64,000 bases of DNA from Bdellovibrionales bacterium (GCA_027317865.1 DAHVQG010000009.1:32001-96000); one strand, 5' to 3'; positions 16,899 to 27,295 are shown, counted from the first letter of the stretch. Numbers and translations: made by a program. Notes: a model not told the origin generated them from the letters alone.

Positions 16899-19631
16899 TC
16901 ACGGGCGTGTACCCGTAAAAATGTATTCAGGATATTCTCCGTAAGTTAAGCCTTTGTATAAACGTTGCGTTTGAAGTTTTATGCTGATTTTCGTATAGCC
17001 CATTCGAATGCTGCTTTTATATGCGGGCGTTTTTTTTACTGCTTCTTCAAGCGGGTAACGTTTGAGCGCATGTCCAAGGATTTCTTTATTTGTACCTTCG
17101 AGTTCGGCGGAAAATGAGCGCGCTTCTGGGTTAGCTTTGAGTGCTTGTTCGAAAAGCGCTTCGGCGTATCCGAAAGTTTGATATTGGGTTTGTACGCGAA
17201 TCATATTGATGTGCACGACGCCATCATTTAACTGATAGTCCAAGCTCGCAATTGGTTCTTTAGTTGCGGGGTCAAACAGTGCAATCATTTTATCGTTTGT
17301 GCCTGCGGTTTCTAGTTCTCGCTCTTGCACGACAAGTTTGATCGTTCGATTAGGCGAAAAGTTTTTCGGATGAAATTCTATGATTTTAGCTGGGCCCGCG
17401 GGTTGGCCGACGTTTAACTTTTTAAAAGATTGCAAGATTTCGTCGTACTCTTGTTTCGAAATCTTGCCGTCGAGAAGCAGGTATTGGAACTTGCGCGTGT
17501 CGCCAGTTTCTAACAGTTGCGTGCGATCGGCCTTCGATATAATCCCGTATTCCGTCAGTTTATCAAGAATGCGCATTTTTCTTTGTGAATACCTGGTTTT
17601 TAATGCGAGGGATTTATCTATAGATTTCGCGGCGTTTTCAATACCTCCACATGGTGTAATGCTATAGCTTTTGAGATCGACCAAACTGGGTAGAGTATAA
17701 ACATCTGGCCCACATTTCGGGTAAATTGACAGGACTTGGCCGGGCTCGGCTCCGGATGGGCACGGTACTCGTTCGCAAATTGTGACTTTAACTCGGTAAT
17801 CTTCAAATGGTATTTCATATTCGCGGATCGTCCCTTCAGAAATACGTGAATCGCGGCTGATCTGAATTGTTGATTTTATCGAATTTGTGTCAACGTTAAT
17901 GAGTCTAAAGGTTTTGGGGTCAACGTGTTCTTGCAAAAAGTTATTTAGTTTATCTTCCGGCCAAAGGCTCGTCATTTTTCGGTCGCGCAAAGCAAGCGCC
18001 CGGTTGGATTTCCAATACTTTTGCAAAATTCGTGACTTTGCCTTATTGACTTGCTGTTCGGCAGATTTTTCTATCTCGTTATTTAAGGTTTGAACTATTT
18101 CTTGATTCGAACGAATATCGTGATCTGCTGGATGGTTGGCCATATAGTCAGATATTCCGTCTCGAAAGCATGCCGTTATATTTGATGAATCGTTCGAAAA
18201 AATAACGGTACACAAATGGCGCCTAATCCAATCGGAACATAATTGGCCGGCGCTTGCGCTCAAACAAGATTTGACGGATCTTTCTAATCGCTCGCGGTCT
18301 ATGTTTATAGAAGAGCCCCCTAGGGCGTCCTCTTGAAAATTAAATATATCGCCGTACTTATAACTCAGCGTAGCCAAAACGCTTTTCGCGGTATTTTTAT
18401 CTAAAGTGATTTTAGCTATTTCCTGATTAATTTGTGCCACGCGTGCGCGCTCAATTTTCTCGGCCGCTTCTTTGGTTGTCTCACCGGCGGGCGCGATGTG
18501 TTCTCTGAAATGCGTAATTAGACGCTGGCGTTCCGTTTCAGACAAATGGGGTTGAGGGGACAGTTCTTCTGTTGGCGACTGCTCTGGCGGCAAGACATGG
18601 TCTGCGGTTTCGGTGACCTCGGTTGCCGTTGCGGTTGCCTCGGCGGTGTCGGTGGCTTTTGCTAAACCGGCGGCGACCTTGGCTTCATCCACAATTCCGT
18701 CGGTGGCGACATTTAATACTATTGTGGTCATCGCGTATTTTATAAGTTCATTACGTTTTTCCGTGTTATAACACTTGAGTTTAATGTCCTGGGTCTTCAA
18801 CCAATTTTTTGCATTATGGTAATATCCGTTTATAATTGAGGCGACATCATCCGGCATTTCGTTACCAACCGAGCGAAATTTTACACCTTCTTTGGTAAGT
18901 TTAGTTGTGTAAAGTCGTGTGCCCGTCATTTGAATGTACCCTTGCACTTCGGAGCAACTTTCTGATTCGAACCATTTTTTATTGGGCATTTTGACCTGAA
19001 GGTCTTTCGGAAGTTTTTCGTTGTACGCGTAAAAGAGCAACTTTTTCAATTTCATGGGGCAATGTTCGTCGCGCTCGTAAGCCTTATAAGCTTGCCACGG
19101 TACCAAAATTAAACTCGCAAAATCCCATATAGCCTTCTTCTCGCCGGCGGCAGTGCCTTTGAATTCGTAATCAATTTTTTGTTCGGCATCTTCATTGCAA
19201 ATTCGCTCGTATTGTTTTGGTTTGTGTCCATTTTTTTGAATTTTGGCGTACAGCGCTTGGCATTCATTGGAATGTACGATTTGTTCACATTTTTCATACG
19301 CAGATTGTTTTTTCGTGGCGCCGATCGTGCGGCCGGACTTGGGGCCGGAATGAGTTTCGGCATTTTTGCGCAGTGATTTCACTGTGCCTTGAATCATATC
19401 GAAATTTTTTGCGTTTAGCGGCGGAGTCACCAGGGGGCTAGAGCCAGTTTCGCCAACGGCACATTTGGTGCAAAGTCCGGCGGCTGTACGGTTGTACAAC
19501 GGGGTAGCGTGCGCATTTTTTGCGATGCCAATTGCGCCAACAAATGACAAGGTTGCAAGCGCAAAGTAAAAGAAACGCGCGACCAATGTCTGTAGGCAAG
19601 TCGCACGAATCCGTTTTGAATGAAAATCCAT
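16899..19631 (-). CDS. Large secreted mosaic protein with a C-terminal GNAT-like domain
   Basis: Signal peptide ending AHA, Cys-rich N-region, A/T/E linker, C-terminal VHINMIRVQTQYQTFGYAEALF resembling GNAT motif A. Confidence 0.7.
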   Translation of the reverse strand: MDFHSKRIRATCLQTLVARFFYFALATLSFVGAIGIAKNAHATPLYNRTAAGLCTKCAVGETGSSPLVTPPLNAKNFDMIQGTVKSLRKNAETHSGPKSGRTIGATKKQSAYEKCEQIVHSNECQALYAKIQKNGHKPKQYERICNEDAEQKIDYEFKGTAAGEKKAIWDFASLILVPWQAYKAYERDEHCPMKLKKLLFYAYNEKLPKDLQVKMPNKKWFESESCSEVQGYIQMTGTRLYTTKLTKEGVKFRSVGNEMPDDVASIINGYYHNAKNWLKTQDIKLKCYNTEKRNELIKYAMTTIVLNVATDGIVDEAKVAAGLAKATDTAEATATATEVTETADHVLPPEQSPTEELSPQPHLSETERQRLITHFREHIAPAGETTKEAAEKIERARVAQINQEIAKITLDKNTAKSVLATLSYKYGDIFNFQEDALGGSSINIDRERLERSVKSCLSASAGQLCSDWIRRHLCTVIFSNDSSNITACFRDGISDYMANHPADHDIRSNQEIVQTLNNEIEKSAEQQVNKAKSRILQKYWKSNRALALRDRKMTSLWPEDKLNNFLQEHVDPKTFRLINVDTNSIKSTIQISRDSRISEGTIREYEIPFEDYRVKVTICERVPCPSGAEPGQVLSIYPKCGPDVYTLPSLVDLKSYSITPCGGIENAAKSIDKSLALKTRYSQRKMRILDKLTEYGIISKADRTQLLETGDTRKFQYLLLDGKISKQEYDEILQSFKKLNVGQPAGPAKIIEFHPKNFSPNRTIKLVVQERELETAGTNDKMIALFDPATKEPIASLDYQLNDGVVHINMIRVQTQYQTFGYAEALFEQALKANPEARSFSAELEGTNKEILGHALKRYPLEEAVKKTPAYKSSIRMGYTKISIKLQTQRLYKGLTYGEYPEYIFTGTRP

Positions 19632-19638
19632 TAAAAAC

Positions 19639-19666
19639 TATTCGGCCGGAACGGGAACAGGTTTGA
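19639..19666 (-). promoter_or_regulatory. Sigma28 (FliA)-like promoter
   Basis: TCAAA-N15-GCCGAATA, 7 nt upstream of ATG 19631. Confidence 0.55.
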
Positions 19667-19773
19667 GTTACGCGGCTCGTGTTATAATGGAATTGCAGGT
19701 AGATTGCAGTTGGGCCAAAGTCTCGGCGACTGGCCCCTAAGACAAGCAGCGGGAGATTTTAAAGCAGGATTTG

Positions 19774-20292
19774 TCAGTGCTCGGCAAGCCATTCGTTTAA
19801 GGCCAAATTGCCTTTTTCGATTTCGGCGCTGAGCATTCCGACTGTCGGCGAAAATTTTGCATCGGTATAACTCGTATACTCCAACTGTTGCAAAATTGTG
19901 GAGACTCGATCGAGACCCAGGTTGGCGCTACTGGACTTCAATGAATGCAGGTGCCGGGCCAAATCGTTGGGAGTGACCCCTGGCTGTTCAACCATATGGC
20001 GCAATTGTTCTAGCGTATGGGCCGAGAAATCAAAATACATCGAAATGAGTTTACGCGTGAGATTGCCCGACGAATCGAGCTCATTCAATCGCTCCAGCAT
20101 TGCGCGATTTAGCGTGGGTTGATCTCCGAGCCATGAAATCGGCATTTGATCTGGCGACACGGGTGAGTTCCACTTTTCGGTCCACAGCTGAGATATATCA
20201 GTTTTGTTTATCTTGCTATTTAACTGTGCGCTACCGAAAGGCAACTGAATTGTTCCGTCTTTAATCATGTTTTTTGCTCCTTCGTGAGTCAT
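19774..20292 (-). CDS. Hpt (histidine phosphotransfer) domain protein
   Basis: HSLKSSSANLG motif. Confidence 0.85.
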   Translation of the reverse strand: MTHEGAKNMIKDGTIQLPFGSAQLNSKINKTDISQLWTEKWNSPVSPDQMPISWLGDQPTLNRAMLERLNELDSSGNLTRKLISMYFDFSAHTLEQLRHMVEQPGVTPNDLARHLHSLKSSSANLGLDRVSTILQQLEYTSYTDAKFSPTVGMLSAEIEKGNLALNEWLAEH

Positions 20293-20567
20293 CGAACCAA
20301 GTGCACTTACTATTTAAGTGCGATCGCGACATTATAACAGAGATTTCGCTAGCGACCGGGGCATGGTAAAAAAAACTTTATACTGTCAGAATTTTAGACA
20401 AAAAACGTGGAATTCAAATCTCCTCGCGCATTTGCGGTGACAATCTTTTGCACAACAATTGTAAAAACAGGGGTCATTTTTCTTACTGTTATGACTAAAA
20501 TTCGTTTTGTTGTATATTTCGTTCGGCAGTTAAAAAGTGTTCAATAACCGTTACGAAGGGATAAGCC

Positions 20568-21278
20568 ATGCAGAAGATTCTTTGTGTCGACGATGCGCCA
20601 GACGTCCTACTGATGATGGAACAGATTTTTCAAGGCTACGATTACAGTCTCGCGAGTTCGCTCCAGCAAGCATCGGGGCTTGTCGATCGGTCTAAGTACT
20701 CGGTGATACTTTTAGACGTAGAGCTACCCGACGGATCCGGTTTCGATTTTATGACTTCGGCAATCGGGCGGCTCAATGGCAGTCAGATCATATTTTTAAC
20801 AGGTCGAAACGACATTGCCAGTAAAGCCAGCGCATTTTCGCTTGGTGCCGACGATTACGTCGTCAAACCTTTTGACCCGACCGAACTTAAGTTTCGAGTC
20901 GACGCGAAACTGCGTAAAGCTGCGGCTTCGGTGAACCAACAATCTTTGTTGCGTGTTGGCGGTTTGGTTTGCAACTTGCAAGATCAAACTGTTTGCAAAA
21001 CCGACTCCGGTGAGCCACTTGATCTGACATTTATTGAATTTAAGATTTTTAGGCTGCTTGCGACCACGCCGAATAAGATATTTGGGCGTTCTGAAATTCT
21101 CGACCGGGTGTGGGGTCATGCGGTTTCAGTAACGGATCGCGTGGTTGACGTCCATATTTCAAATTTGCGCAAAAAGATCATGAATAATGGAGTCACGATT
21201 GAAGCGGTTATTGGAACGGGATATCGTATATTAAACGAACCGGTGAAAGAACCGTCACTTGCGGCAAGTTCAAACTGA
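20568..21278 (+). CDS. OmpR/PhoB-family response regulator
   Basis: CVDD, LLDVELPDGSG, GADDYVVKPF, wHTH LTFIEF..DRVVDVHISNLRKK..GTGY. Confidence 0.95.
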   Translation: MQKILCVDDAPDVLLMMEQIFQGYDYSLASSLQQASGLVDRSKYSVILLDVELPDGSGFDFMTSAIGRLNGSQIIFLTGRNDIASKASAFSLGADDYVVKPFDPTELKFRVDAKLRKAAASVNQQSLLRVGGLVCNLQDQTVCKTDSGEPLDLTFIEFKIFRLLATTPNKIFGRSEILDRVWGHAVSVTDRVVDVHISNLRKKIMNNGVTIEAVIGTGYRILNEPVKEPSLAASSN

Positions 21279-21279
21279 G

Positions 21280-21663
21280 ATGAATACAAATAAAAAACTT
21301 GGCGGACTCAGAGTATTGCTTGCAGAAGACTCGCCGGATAATCAGTTAATCGTGAGCCTAATGCTCAAAGCTGCAGGCGCGGAGGTTGCCGTTGTCGATA
21401 ACGGCCAGGCGGTTCTAGATCAGCTCCAGCGGCAATCGTATGACGTAGTTTTAATGGATATTACCATGCCCGTCATGGATGGATTTGAGGCCATTTTGCG
21501 TCTTCGAAGCGAAGGCCATCAAGTTCCGGTATTCGCATTAACCGCGTATTCGCTCGACGAAGAACGGCAAAAATGCCTAGAAAGCGGTTTTACCGGTCAT
21601 ATAAGTAAACCGATCGATCGAGCCGCGCTCCTTGAGAGTTTATCCCCCTTCGTGCTATCGTAA
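21280..21663 (+). CDS. Single-domain response regulator (REC)
   Basis: LLAEDSPDNQ, LMDITMPVMDG, ALTA, SKP. Confidence 0.9.
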   Translation: MNTNKKLGGLRVLLAEDSPDNQLIVSLMLKAAGAEVAVVDNGQAVLDQLQRQSYDVVLMDITMPVMDGFEAILRLRSEGHQVPVFALTAYSLDEERQKCLESGFTGHISKPIDRAALLESLSPFVLS

Positions 21664-21707
21664 ACTGTTTTACAGCAGCAGGGCTATAATAGGGGGCGAC
21701 TGCATTT

Positions 21708-22394
21708 ATGGCCGGTATGGGCATCGAACTTAATAACATCACTGTGACATTACCTAACGGCCGGCAACTTTTTGCTATCCGTAACCATCGTTTTGAATCG
21801 GGCGCGCACGTCTTGATACGCGGTGCGAGCGGCCAGGGCAAAACTACGTTTTTGCATATGATCGCCGGACTTTTTTTGCCAACAACGGGCCGCATACATA
21901 TCGGGGAGCATGACCTCACAGAAATGACAGATAATCAGCGCTGCGATCTGCGCCGTCGACACATCGGGATGGTTTTTCAAAAACTCAATTTGTTGGAGCA
22001 TCTAACGGCGGCGGAAAATATTATTTTGGCTGGCGGGCCTGGGCGCATTTCACGTTCGCAAGCATTCGCGAGTCTTGCTTCCGTGCAAATGTCGGATCGG
22101 GCGGATGACCGAGCCTCGTGGCTAAGCGTGGGGGAACAACAGCGAGTTGCGGTCGCGCGCGTCCTCGCCGCCCAGCCCGAATTATTGTTCGCTGATGAAC
22201 CCACATCAAGTCTTGATGATCAAAACGCTGAATTTGTAATGCAGGCTCTCATCGGGGCGGCACAAGGCAAAACATTAATAGTTGTGAGTCATGACCAGCG
22301 GCTATCGTCTTCATTTCAAAATGTCATTGATTTCGGTGGGTGGGTCGCTCCCAGCAGAGGTGTAAATAAAATGACTTCGCGAGGTCCATCATGA
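21708..22394 (+). CDS. ABC transporter ATP-binding protein (LolD/MacB-like)
   Basis: Walker A GASGQGKT, signature LSVGEQQRV, Walker B LFADEPT, VSHD. Confidence 0.93.
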   Translation: MAGMGIELNNITVTLPNGRQLFAIRNHRFESGAHVLIRGASGQGKTTFLHMIAGLFLPTTGRIHIGEHDLTEMTDNQRCDLRRRHIGMVFQKLNLLEHLTAAENIILAGGPGRISRSQAFASLASVQMSDRADDRASWLSVGEQQRVAVARVLAAQPELLFADEPTSSLDDQNAEFVMQALIGAAQGKTLIVVSHDQRLSSSFQNVIDFGGWVAPSRGVNKMTSRGPS

Positions 22395-23641
22395 GACCAA
22401 TTATGATGGCCTGGTTGAGCTTGATCCGCCGCCCGCTTTCAACGGGTCTTGCGGTACTTGCCATTGCTTTGGCAGTTGGCGGTTGCGGTGTTTTATTGCG
22501 GCTCTATTTGCTCGAACAAAATCGATTCTCAACGCTCGCACGGGGCAGTGATGCCATCATCGGCGCAAAAGCGGGTGAAATTGATATTTTGCTCGGTGCT
22601 CTGGGTGCTCAAGGGGCGTATCCGGGATTTTTGCCTTACCAATTGTTTGTTTCAATGCGGGCACGGCAAACCGTGCAATTTTCGGACGGATCGTCAGTTC
22701 CGCAATATTATTTGAAACAAGTCACTCCATTTTTGTATTGCGGTCTTATACGCACTTCAACCGACGATTTTCGGTTAGTTGCAACCGACCACACCTTTTT
22801 CGAAGGTTTTAACTCGAATTTGCGTTTTGCATCGGGCGGCTTTGTCGACCAGTCACAAAGTCCGCCAGACGTTGTTTTAGGTTCGCTGGTTGCAAAAAGA
22901 CTGGGCGTTTCAGTCGGTCAAAAGCTGCCGATTTTCACGTGGGTTGGGCAAAAGAGCAGCGGCCCCCCGCATATCTTTAGAATTTCGGGGATTTTAAGAC
23001 CTACCCACACGAGCTGGGACCGGCTCATGTATACGGATTTGATTGACGGACAAAATCTCATTGCCCATGAGCCCGTTCTTTTAAACCGGAGCATTTGGGG
23101 CAATAACGTTGTCAACTATATGCTCGTTGATTTACCGCCGCAAAGTTACGGTCCTCTTTCAAATTTGATTAATAAACGCACAGTGGCTCAGGTTGTGTAC
23201 ACGGCTCAGGCTAAAAAACACTTGGCCGCGTTGGCGGGGACGGGTCAATCCATCGGAACAATGATATCAATTTTGGTTATACTATTGGGCGGTCTCGCTG
23301 TGGCTTCTATGCTTGTTGCGCGTTTCGATGCAATGGGGGTGCAACTTGCGGTATTACGGGCGCTTGGGTATACGCGGTTAGAAGTGGCTGAATCGCTTTT
23401 GTTCGAAGGAGTATTGCTGGGTCTCGCGGCTTGTGTGATTGGTATTTTAATCGACGTGTCGCTATTTCCGTTCATGCGCTGGCTTTTGGGTTCTGCCTTG
23501 CCGCCACCTGACGTTGTTACGTCGTCAATTTGGCAAAGCGCCCCAGTATGGCTCGCCGCTATTTTAGCAACAACCGCGTCGGTTTGCTTGCCATTATATA
23601 AGCTGTACAAACAGGATATTCACCGCTCGCTACGCAATTAA
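22391..23641 (+). CDS. ABC transporter permease (FtsX/MacB family)
   Basis: N-terminal TM, periplasmic domain, LAVLRALG..LLFEG, 3 C-terminal TM; ATGA overlap with the ATPase. Confidence 0.9.
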   Translation: MRPIMMAWLSLIRRPLSTGLAVLAIALAVGGCGVLLRLYLLEQNRFSTLARGSDAIIGAKAGEIDILLGALGAQGAYPGFLPYQLFVSMRARQTVQFSDGSSVPQYYLKQVTPFLYCGLIRTSTDDFRLVATDHTFFEGFNSNLRFASGGFVDQSQSPPDVVLGSLVAKRLGVSVGQKLPIFTWVGQKSSGPPHIFRISGILRPTHTSWDRLMYTDLIDGQNLIAHEPVLLNRSIWGNNVVNYMLVDLPPQSYGPLSNLINKRTVAQVVYTAQAKKHLAALAGTGQSIGTMISILVILLGGLAVASMLVARFDAMGVQLAVLRALGYTRLEVAESLLFEGVLLGLAACVIGILIDVSLFPFMRWLLGSALPPPDVVTSSIWQSAPVWLAAILATTASVCLPLYKLYKQDIHRSLRN

Positions 23642-23687
23642 CAGCCAACCGTTGACGGCGCAAGGCCAACCGACTAGCGTCTATCGA

Positions 23688-24278
23688 ATGAACTCATCGC
23701 AAGGCAATAACGATGCCTCAGTTCGAATTCGGCCCGCGCGTGAAGCGGATTTCGCGGCCATTGTGAAATTTGCCGACCAAAACATCGGCGCTGATTATTT
23801 TTCAGTTGAAAAAGTGAAATCCATTTTAAAAGCTTCGACTCAAAACGAGGTCATGTGTTCATTCGTTCTAGAAAATCTTGAATCTCGCCAGCTTGAAGGG
23901 ATTCGACTCACCTACGCTCCCGGAGTTTGGCCGGCAAGACATCCGAGTCAATCGATTCATGCTCATTTATGGCAAGTACCAGTTGAACAAACCGCTTATT
24001 TTCAAAGTTTATTTGTTTCGCAGCGATTTCAGAATCAAGGTTGGGGCCAGCGGCTTTCGATGGCTTCGGTTGAAAATCTAAAACTTCTGGGAGCAAAAGC
24101 CGTTGTTTGCCACTCATGGGATGAATCTCCCGGCAACTCTTCACGAAAATATTTGAATAGTTTGGGTTTTGAACCGGTTATTTCGATTCCCAATTTTTGG
24201 CATGAAATTGATTACGAATGCACGCGCTGTGGACGCGGGTGCAAATGTACGGCAACGGAAATGATTTTATATTTGTAG
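23688..24278 (+). CDS. GNAT acetyltransferase with C-terminal Cys cluster
   Basis: IRPAREAD, LFVSQRFQNQGWGQRL, LGF; CTRCGRGCKC. Confidence 0.85.
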   Translation: MNSSQGNNDASVRIRPAREADFAAIVKFADQNIGADYFSVEKVKSILKASTQNEVMCSFVLENLESRQLEGIRLTYAPGVWPARHPSQSIHAHLWQVPVEQTAYFQSLFVSQRFQNQGWGQRLSMASVENLKLLGAKAVVCHSWDESPGNSSRKYLNSLGFEPVISIPNFWHEIDYECTRCGRGCKCTATEMILYL

Positions 24279-24297
24279 ACGCGAGTACGCGAAGGGG

Positions 24298-25467
24298 GTG
24301 GCCATGAGTATTTCGTATTGGCAGGATCAATCAGATAGCAAAACCAAGTCGTGTGATGTCGCTATTGTCGGCGGCGGCATAACCGGTTTTTCAGTTGCGT
24401 ATTGGTTAAAAAAAGAAGATCCGAGCTTAAATGTGTTAATTCTCGAACGCGGAACAGCGGGCTCGGGCGCAACGGGCCGTAATGCGGGTTTTATCACTTG
24501 CGGTTCGGTTGAACATTTCAATCGTCTTTGTGAGCGCTGGGGTAAGGAGCGCGCTCTTGAGATGTGGCGTTTTTCAGAAACTAATTTAGCTCTTTTGAAG
24601 GATCATATTATTGAAAATGATAGTGATCTTGATTTCGACGATCATGGCACATTTTCACTTGCCTCAACGGTTGAGGAGTTTCAAGAACTCAAGAAGACAG
24701 CAGAATTAATGCAGGGGTGTGACATTGCGATCGACGTTTTACAAGGCGCCGACATTGAACGTCGCGTGGGGGCACGAAATTTTGTTGGTGGTATCAAATA
24801 TCTCAAAGATGCGTCGATTCATCCGGTAAAACTCCTCAAGAAATTGGCGGAGCGGACCGATGCGGTCTTTTTGCCAAACACCGAAGTCTATAACATTGAA
24901 ACCGCTGCGAATGGCAATACGCGAATTAAGACGCAACATTTTGATGTTGAGGCGACCGTTGCGGTTTTAGCGCTTAACGGTTATTCGGCATCGTTACGTT
25001 CGTATTTTCGCGACAAAATTTACCCGACCCGCGGTCAGATTATGGTGACAGAACCAGTTGCAAAATTTATGGAGGGTCCCTGTTACGCGAATTTTGTTCT
25101 CGATTATTTTCGTCAACTTCAAGACGGCCGAGTTCTTATAGGTGGATTTAGACAATTAGAAAAGGCGACAGAAGTTGGCTATTCTGATCACATTACCGAT
25201 ACCATACAAGAAGCTCTTTATAGTTTTTTGCAAAAACACATCCCGATACTTGAGAATCGAAAAGTGACACATCGATGGGCAGGGGTAATGGGGTTTTCGG
25301 CAGATGGGCAACCACTGGTCGGGTCGCTCCCTGACGAACCTTCAGTTTATTTTGTCGGGGGATATACCGGCCACGGAATTGGTCTTGCCTTTCATTGTGC
25401 AAAAGTTTTAGTTGATTTGATCAATGGACGCGAGATACCGTCATTTGTATCAGCCCGGAGGTTTTGA
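24298..25467 (+). CDS. FAD-dependent oxidoreductase (DAO/PuuB-like)
   Basis: IVGGGITG, GATGRNAG, PTRGQ, WAGVMGFSADGQPLVG, GYTGHG. Confidence 0.92.
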   Translation: MAMSISYWQDQSDSKTKSCDVAIVGGGITGFSVAYWLKKEDPSLNVLILERGTAGSGATGRNAGFITCGSVEHFNRLCERWGKERALEMWRFSETNLALLKDHIIENDSDLDFDDHGTFSLASTVEEFQELKKTAELMQGCDIAIDVLQGADIERRVGARNFVGGIKYLKDASIHPVKLLKKLAERTDAVFLPNTEVYNIETAANGNTRIKTQHFDVEATVAVLALNGYSASLRSYFRDKIYPTRGQIMVTEPVAKFMEGPCYANFVLDYFRQLQDGRVLIGGFRQLEKATEVGYSDHITDTIQEALYSFLQKHIPILENRKVTHRWAGVMGFSADGQPLVGSLPDEPSVYFVGGYTGHGIGLAFHCAKVLVDLINGREIPSFVSARRF

Positions 25468-25701
25468 TTGAGCGATGACAACGAACCGCGGATTGGCACA
25501 AAATGCACCGGTATAGTAAAATGGTTTAACGAGCAAAAGGGCTACGGGTTCATAGAGCAAGCCAACGGACGCGACCTCTTTGTTCATTACAAAGAAATTC
25601 GTGGCAAATTAAATCCGGGCGATAAAGTGGAGTACATCCTTGGCGAAGGTCGCAAAGGACCCGCGGCTACAAAAGTCCGCGTCATATCTCGGGCCGAGTG
25701 A
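25468..25701 (+). CDS. Cold-shock domain protein
   Basis: GIVKWFN, KGYGFI (RNP1), LFVH (RNP2), KGPAA. Confidence 0.9.
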   Translation: MSDDNEPRIGTKCTGIVKWFNEQKGYGFIEQANGRDLFVHYKEIRGKLNPGDKVEYILGEGRKGPAATKVRVISRAE

Positions 25702-25702
25702 T

Positions 25703-26347
25703 TTAAGGCGTCAACAATCGATGAACATATGGGCGCAATCCGGCGAAAAAATATTCAACGGCAATCATCATAAGTATTAGGCCCATTAGGCGAATAAACA
25801 CTTTTTGTCCGCTTTCGCCAATAATTGAAATAATTCGTTTTGATCCGATTAAAATAAAATAAGTAGCCAGCGAAACGACCACGGCTGAAACAAACAAGAT
25901 CGCGCGATCGACGAACGTCACCGATTCGTGCATGGCCACCATAATAAAGGTAATTGTTCCCGGACCGGTAATGAGCGGAATCGCTAGAGGTGTGATGGCG
26001 CGGAGTTCAACATCCTGAATATTAAGCCGCTCCGACGCGGACATCGATTTTGTTCGTGTTTCGCGGCCCTGGAGCATGTCATAGCCGCTGATAAAAAATA
26101 AAATACCGCCAACCACGCGAAGCCCGTCAATCGAAATATTAAAAAACGAAAAAACAAATTTACCGGCTACACCGAAAAATAACATAGCGACAAATGCGGC
26201 AATCGTGGCGCGCCGGGCGATACGCGGGCCAATGTTCGTTTCAGAACCTTCGATTAGAGAATTGTAAAACGGCATTGCACTGAGCGGGTTTACGATCGTG
26301 AATAAGCTCGTGAGCGTATACAAAAAATAACTAACGATGTGTTTCAA
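25703..26347 (-). CDS. MarC family membrane protein
   Basis: LFTIVNPL, PLAIPLITGPGTI, RLMGLIL. Confidence 0.92.
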   Translation of the reverse strand: MKHIVSYFLYTLTSLFTIVNPLSAMPFYNSLIEGSETNIGPRIARRATIAAFVAMLFFGVAGKFVFSFFNISIDGLRVVGGILFFISGYDMLQGRETRTKSMSASERLNIQDVELRAITPLAIPLITGPGTITFIMVAMHESVTFVDRAILFVSAVVVSLATYFILIGSKRIISIIGESGQKVFIRLMGLILMMIAVEYFFAGLRPYVHRLLTP

Positions 26348-26426
26348 TGTGCCCGCCGCCTGAATGCATCTACTTTATCGCGGGCTATTGAGGGGTTCAA
26401 TCTTTTTAAATGAATCTAATAGAACC

Positions 26427-27167
26427 CTAGTTCATTGAAGCGGGAGTGCGGCTAGCCCGGACTTGGTCATTGATCTTGACCCAATCGCGATTCATAAACA
26501 TCGAGGCGACCGTACCATAGCTGCGGTATCGGCGAATGACGGCTCGAGCCGTCGGGTAGTCGTGGTATTTCATTAGAAAATGGACATACTCTCGAGCAAC
26601 TTCAAATTGTGGTTTTCGGTGTCGGTGATAGACAAGAAATGCAAATTCACGTTTTGCTTGAATTTTGTCGCCGAGTTTTGCGAGTACGTTGGCGTATTGT
26701 AGGCGTACCGAATCGCTTCGGCCTCCGAGCCGAAAATAAATATCATAGTTTTGCCGCGCTTGAGAAAGCTGGCCATGATCAGCTTGAATTTTGGCTAAAT
26801 GCGATAAATACGAAAGGTTGTGATGATCCATAGCAAACAATTGGGCGAGCGCTTGAATTTCACAGCCCCACTTTTGCTGATCGTCACAGATCGCAGCGAT
26901 CGACTTCAAATCACTGGGGCTTGCCACACCCAATACCTGTTTGATTTTAAGCGGGATAATCTCAAACGCGTGGCCGCGCCAAATAATCAGATGAGCGGCA
27001 ATTAAAACTCCCGCGATTACCATTAAAAAGAGACGGCGCAAAAGTATAATATCGCTTTTGGTATGATGTTCTGAAATGAGATCGACGACCTGGCCGCAGC
27101 TGCAGTAGGCCTTATTTTGAATAATGCGTTCCGACTCAATTGGTTTTTGACATGTTGGGCAGTTCAT
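26427..27167 (-). CDS. Membrane-anchored TPR protein with N-terminal Zn-ribbon
   Basis: CPTC...CSCG, one TM, TPR-like helical repeats, C-terminal RTPAS. Confidence 0.7.
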   Translation of the reverse strand: MNCPTCQKPIESERIIQNKAYCSCGQVVDLISEHHTKSDIILLRRLFLMVIAGVLIAAHLIIWRGHAFEIIPLKIKQVLGVASPSDLKSIAAICDDQQKWGCEIQALAQLFAMDHHNLSYLSHLAKIQADHGQLSQARQNYDIYFRLGGRSDSVRLQYANVLAKLGDKIQAKREFAFLVYHRHRKPQFEVAREYVHFLMKYHDYPTARAVIRRYRSYGTVASMFMNRDWVKINDQVRASRTPASMN

Positions 27168-27295
27168 TAGAAGCATATCAATTGACAATGCAAAAGTTGT
27201 ACATAACGGGGTGGCGCTGAATTGCAACTGATTGGTAGAAATCTATCAATCATTTAGTCACTGTTAATTTGCTAACAGTTTTTGGAGAATATCAA

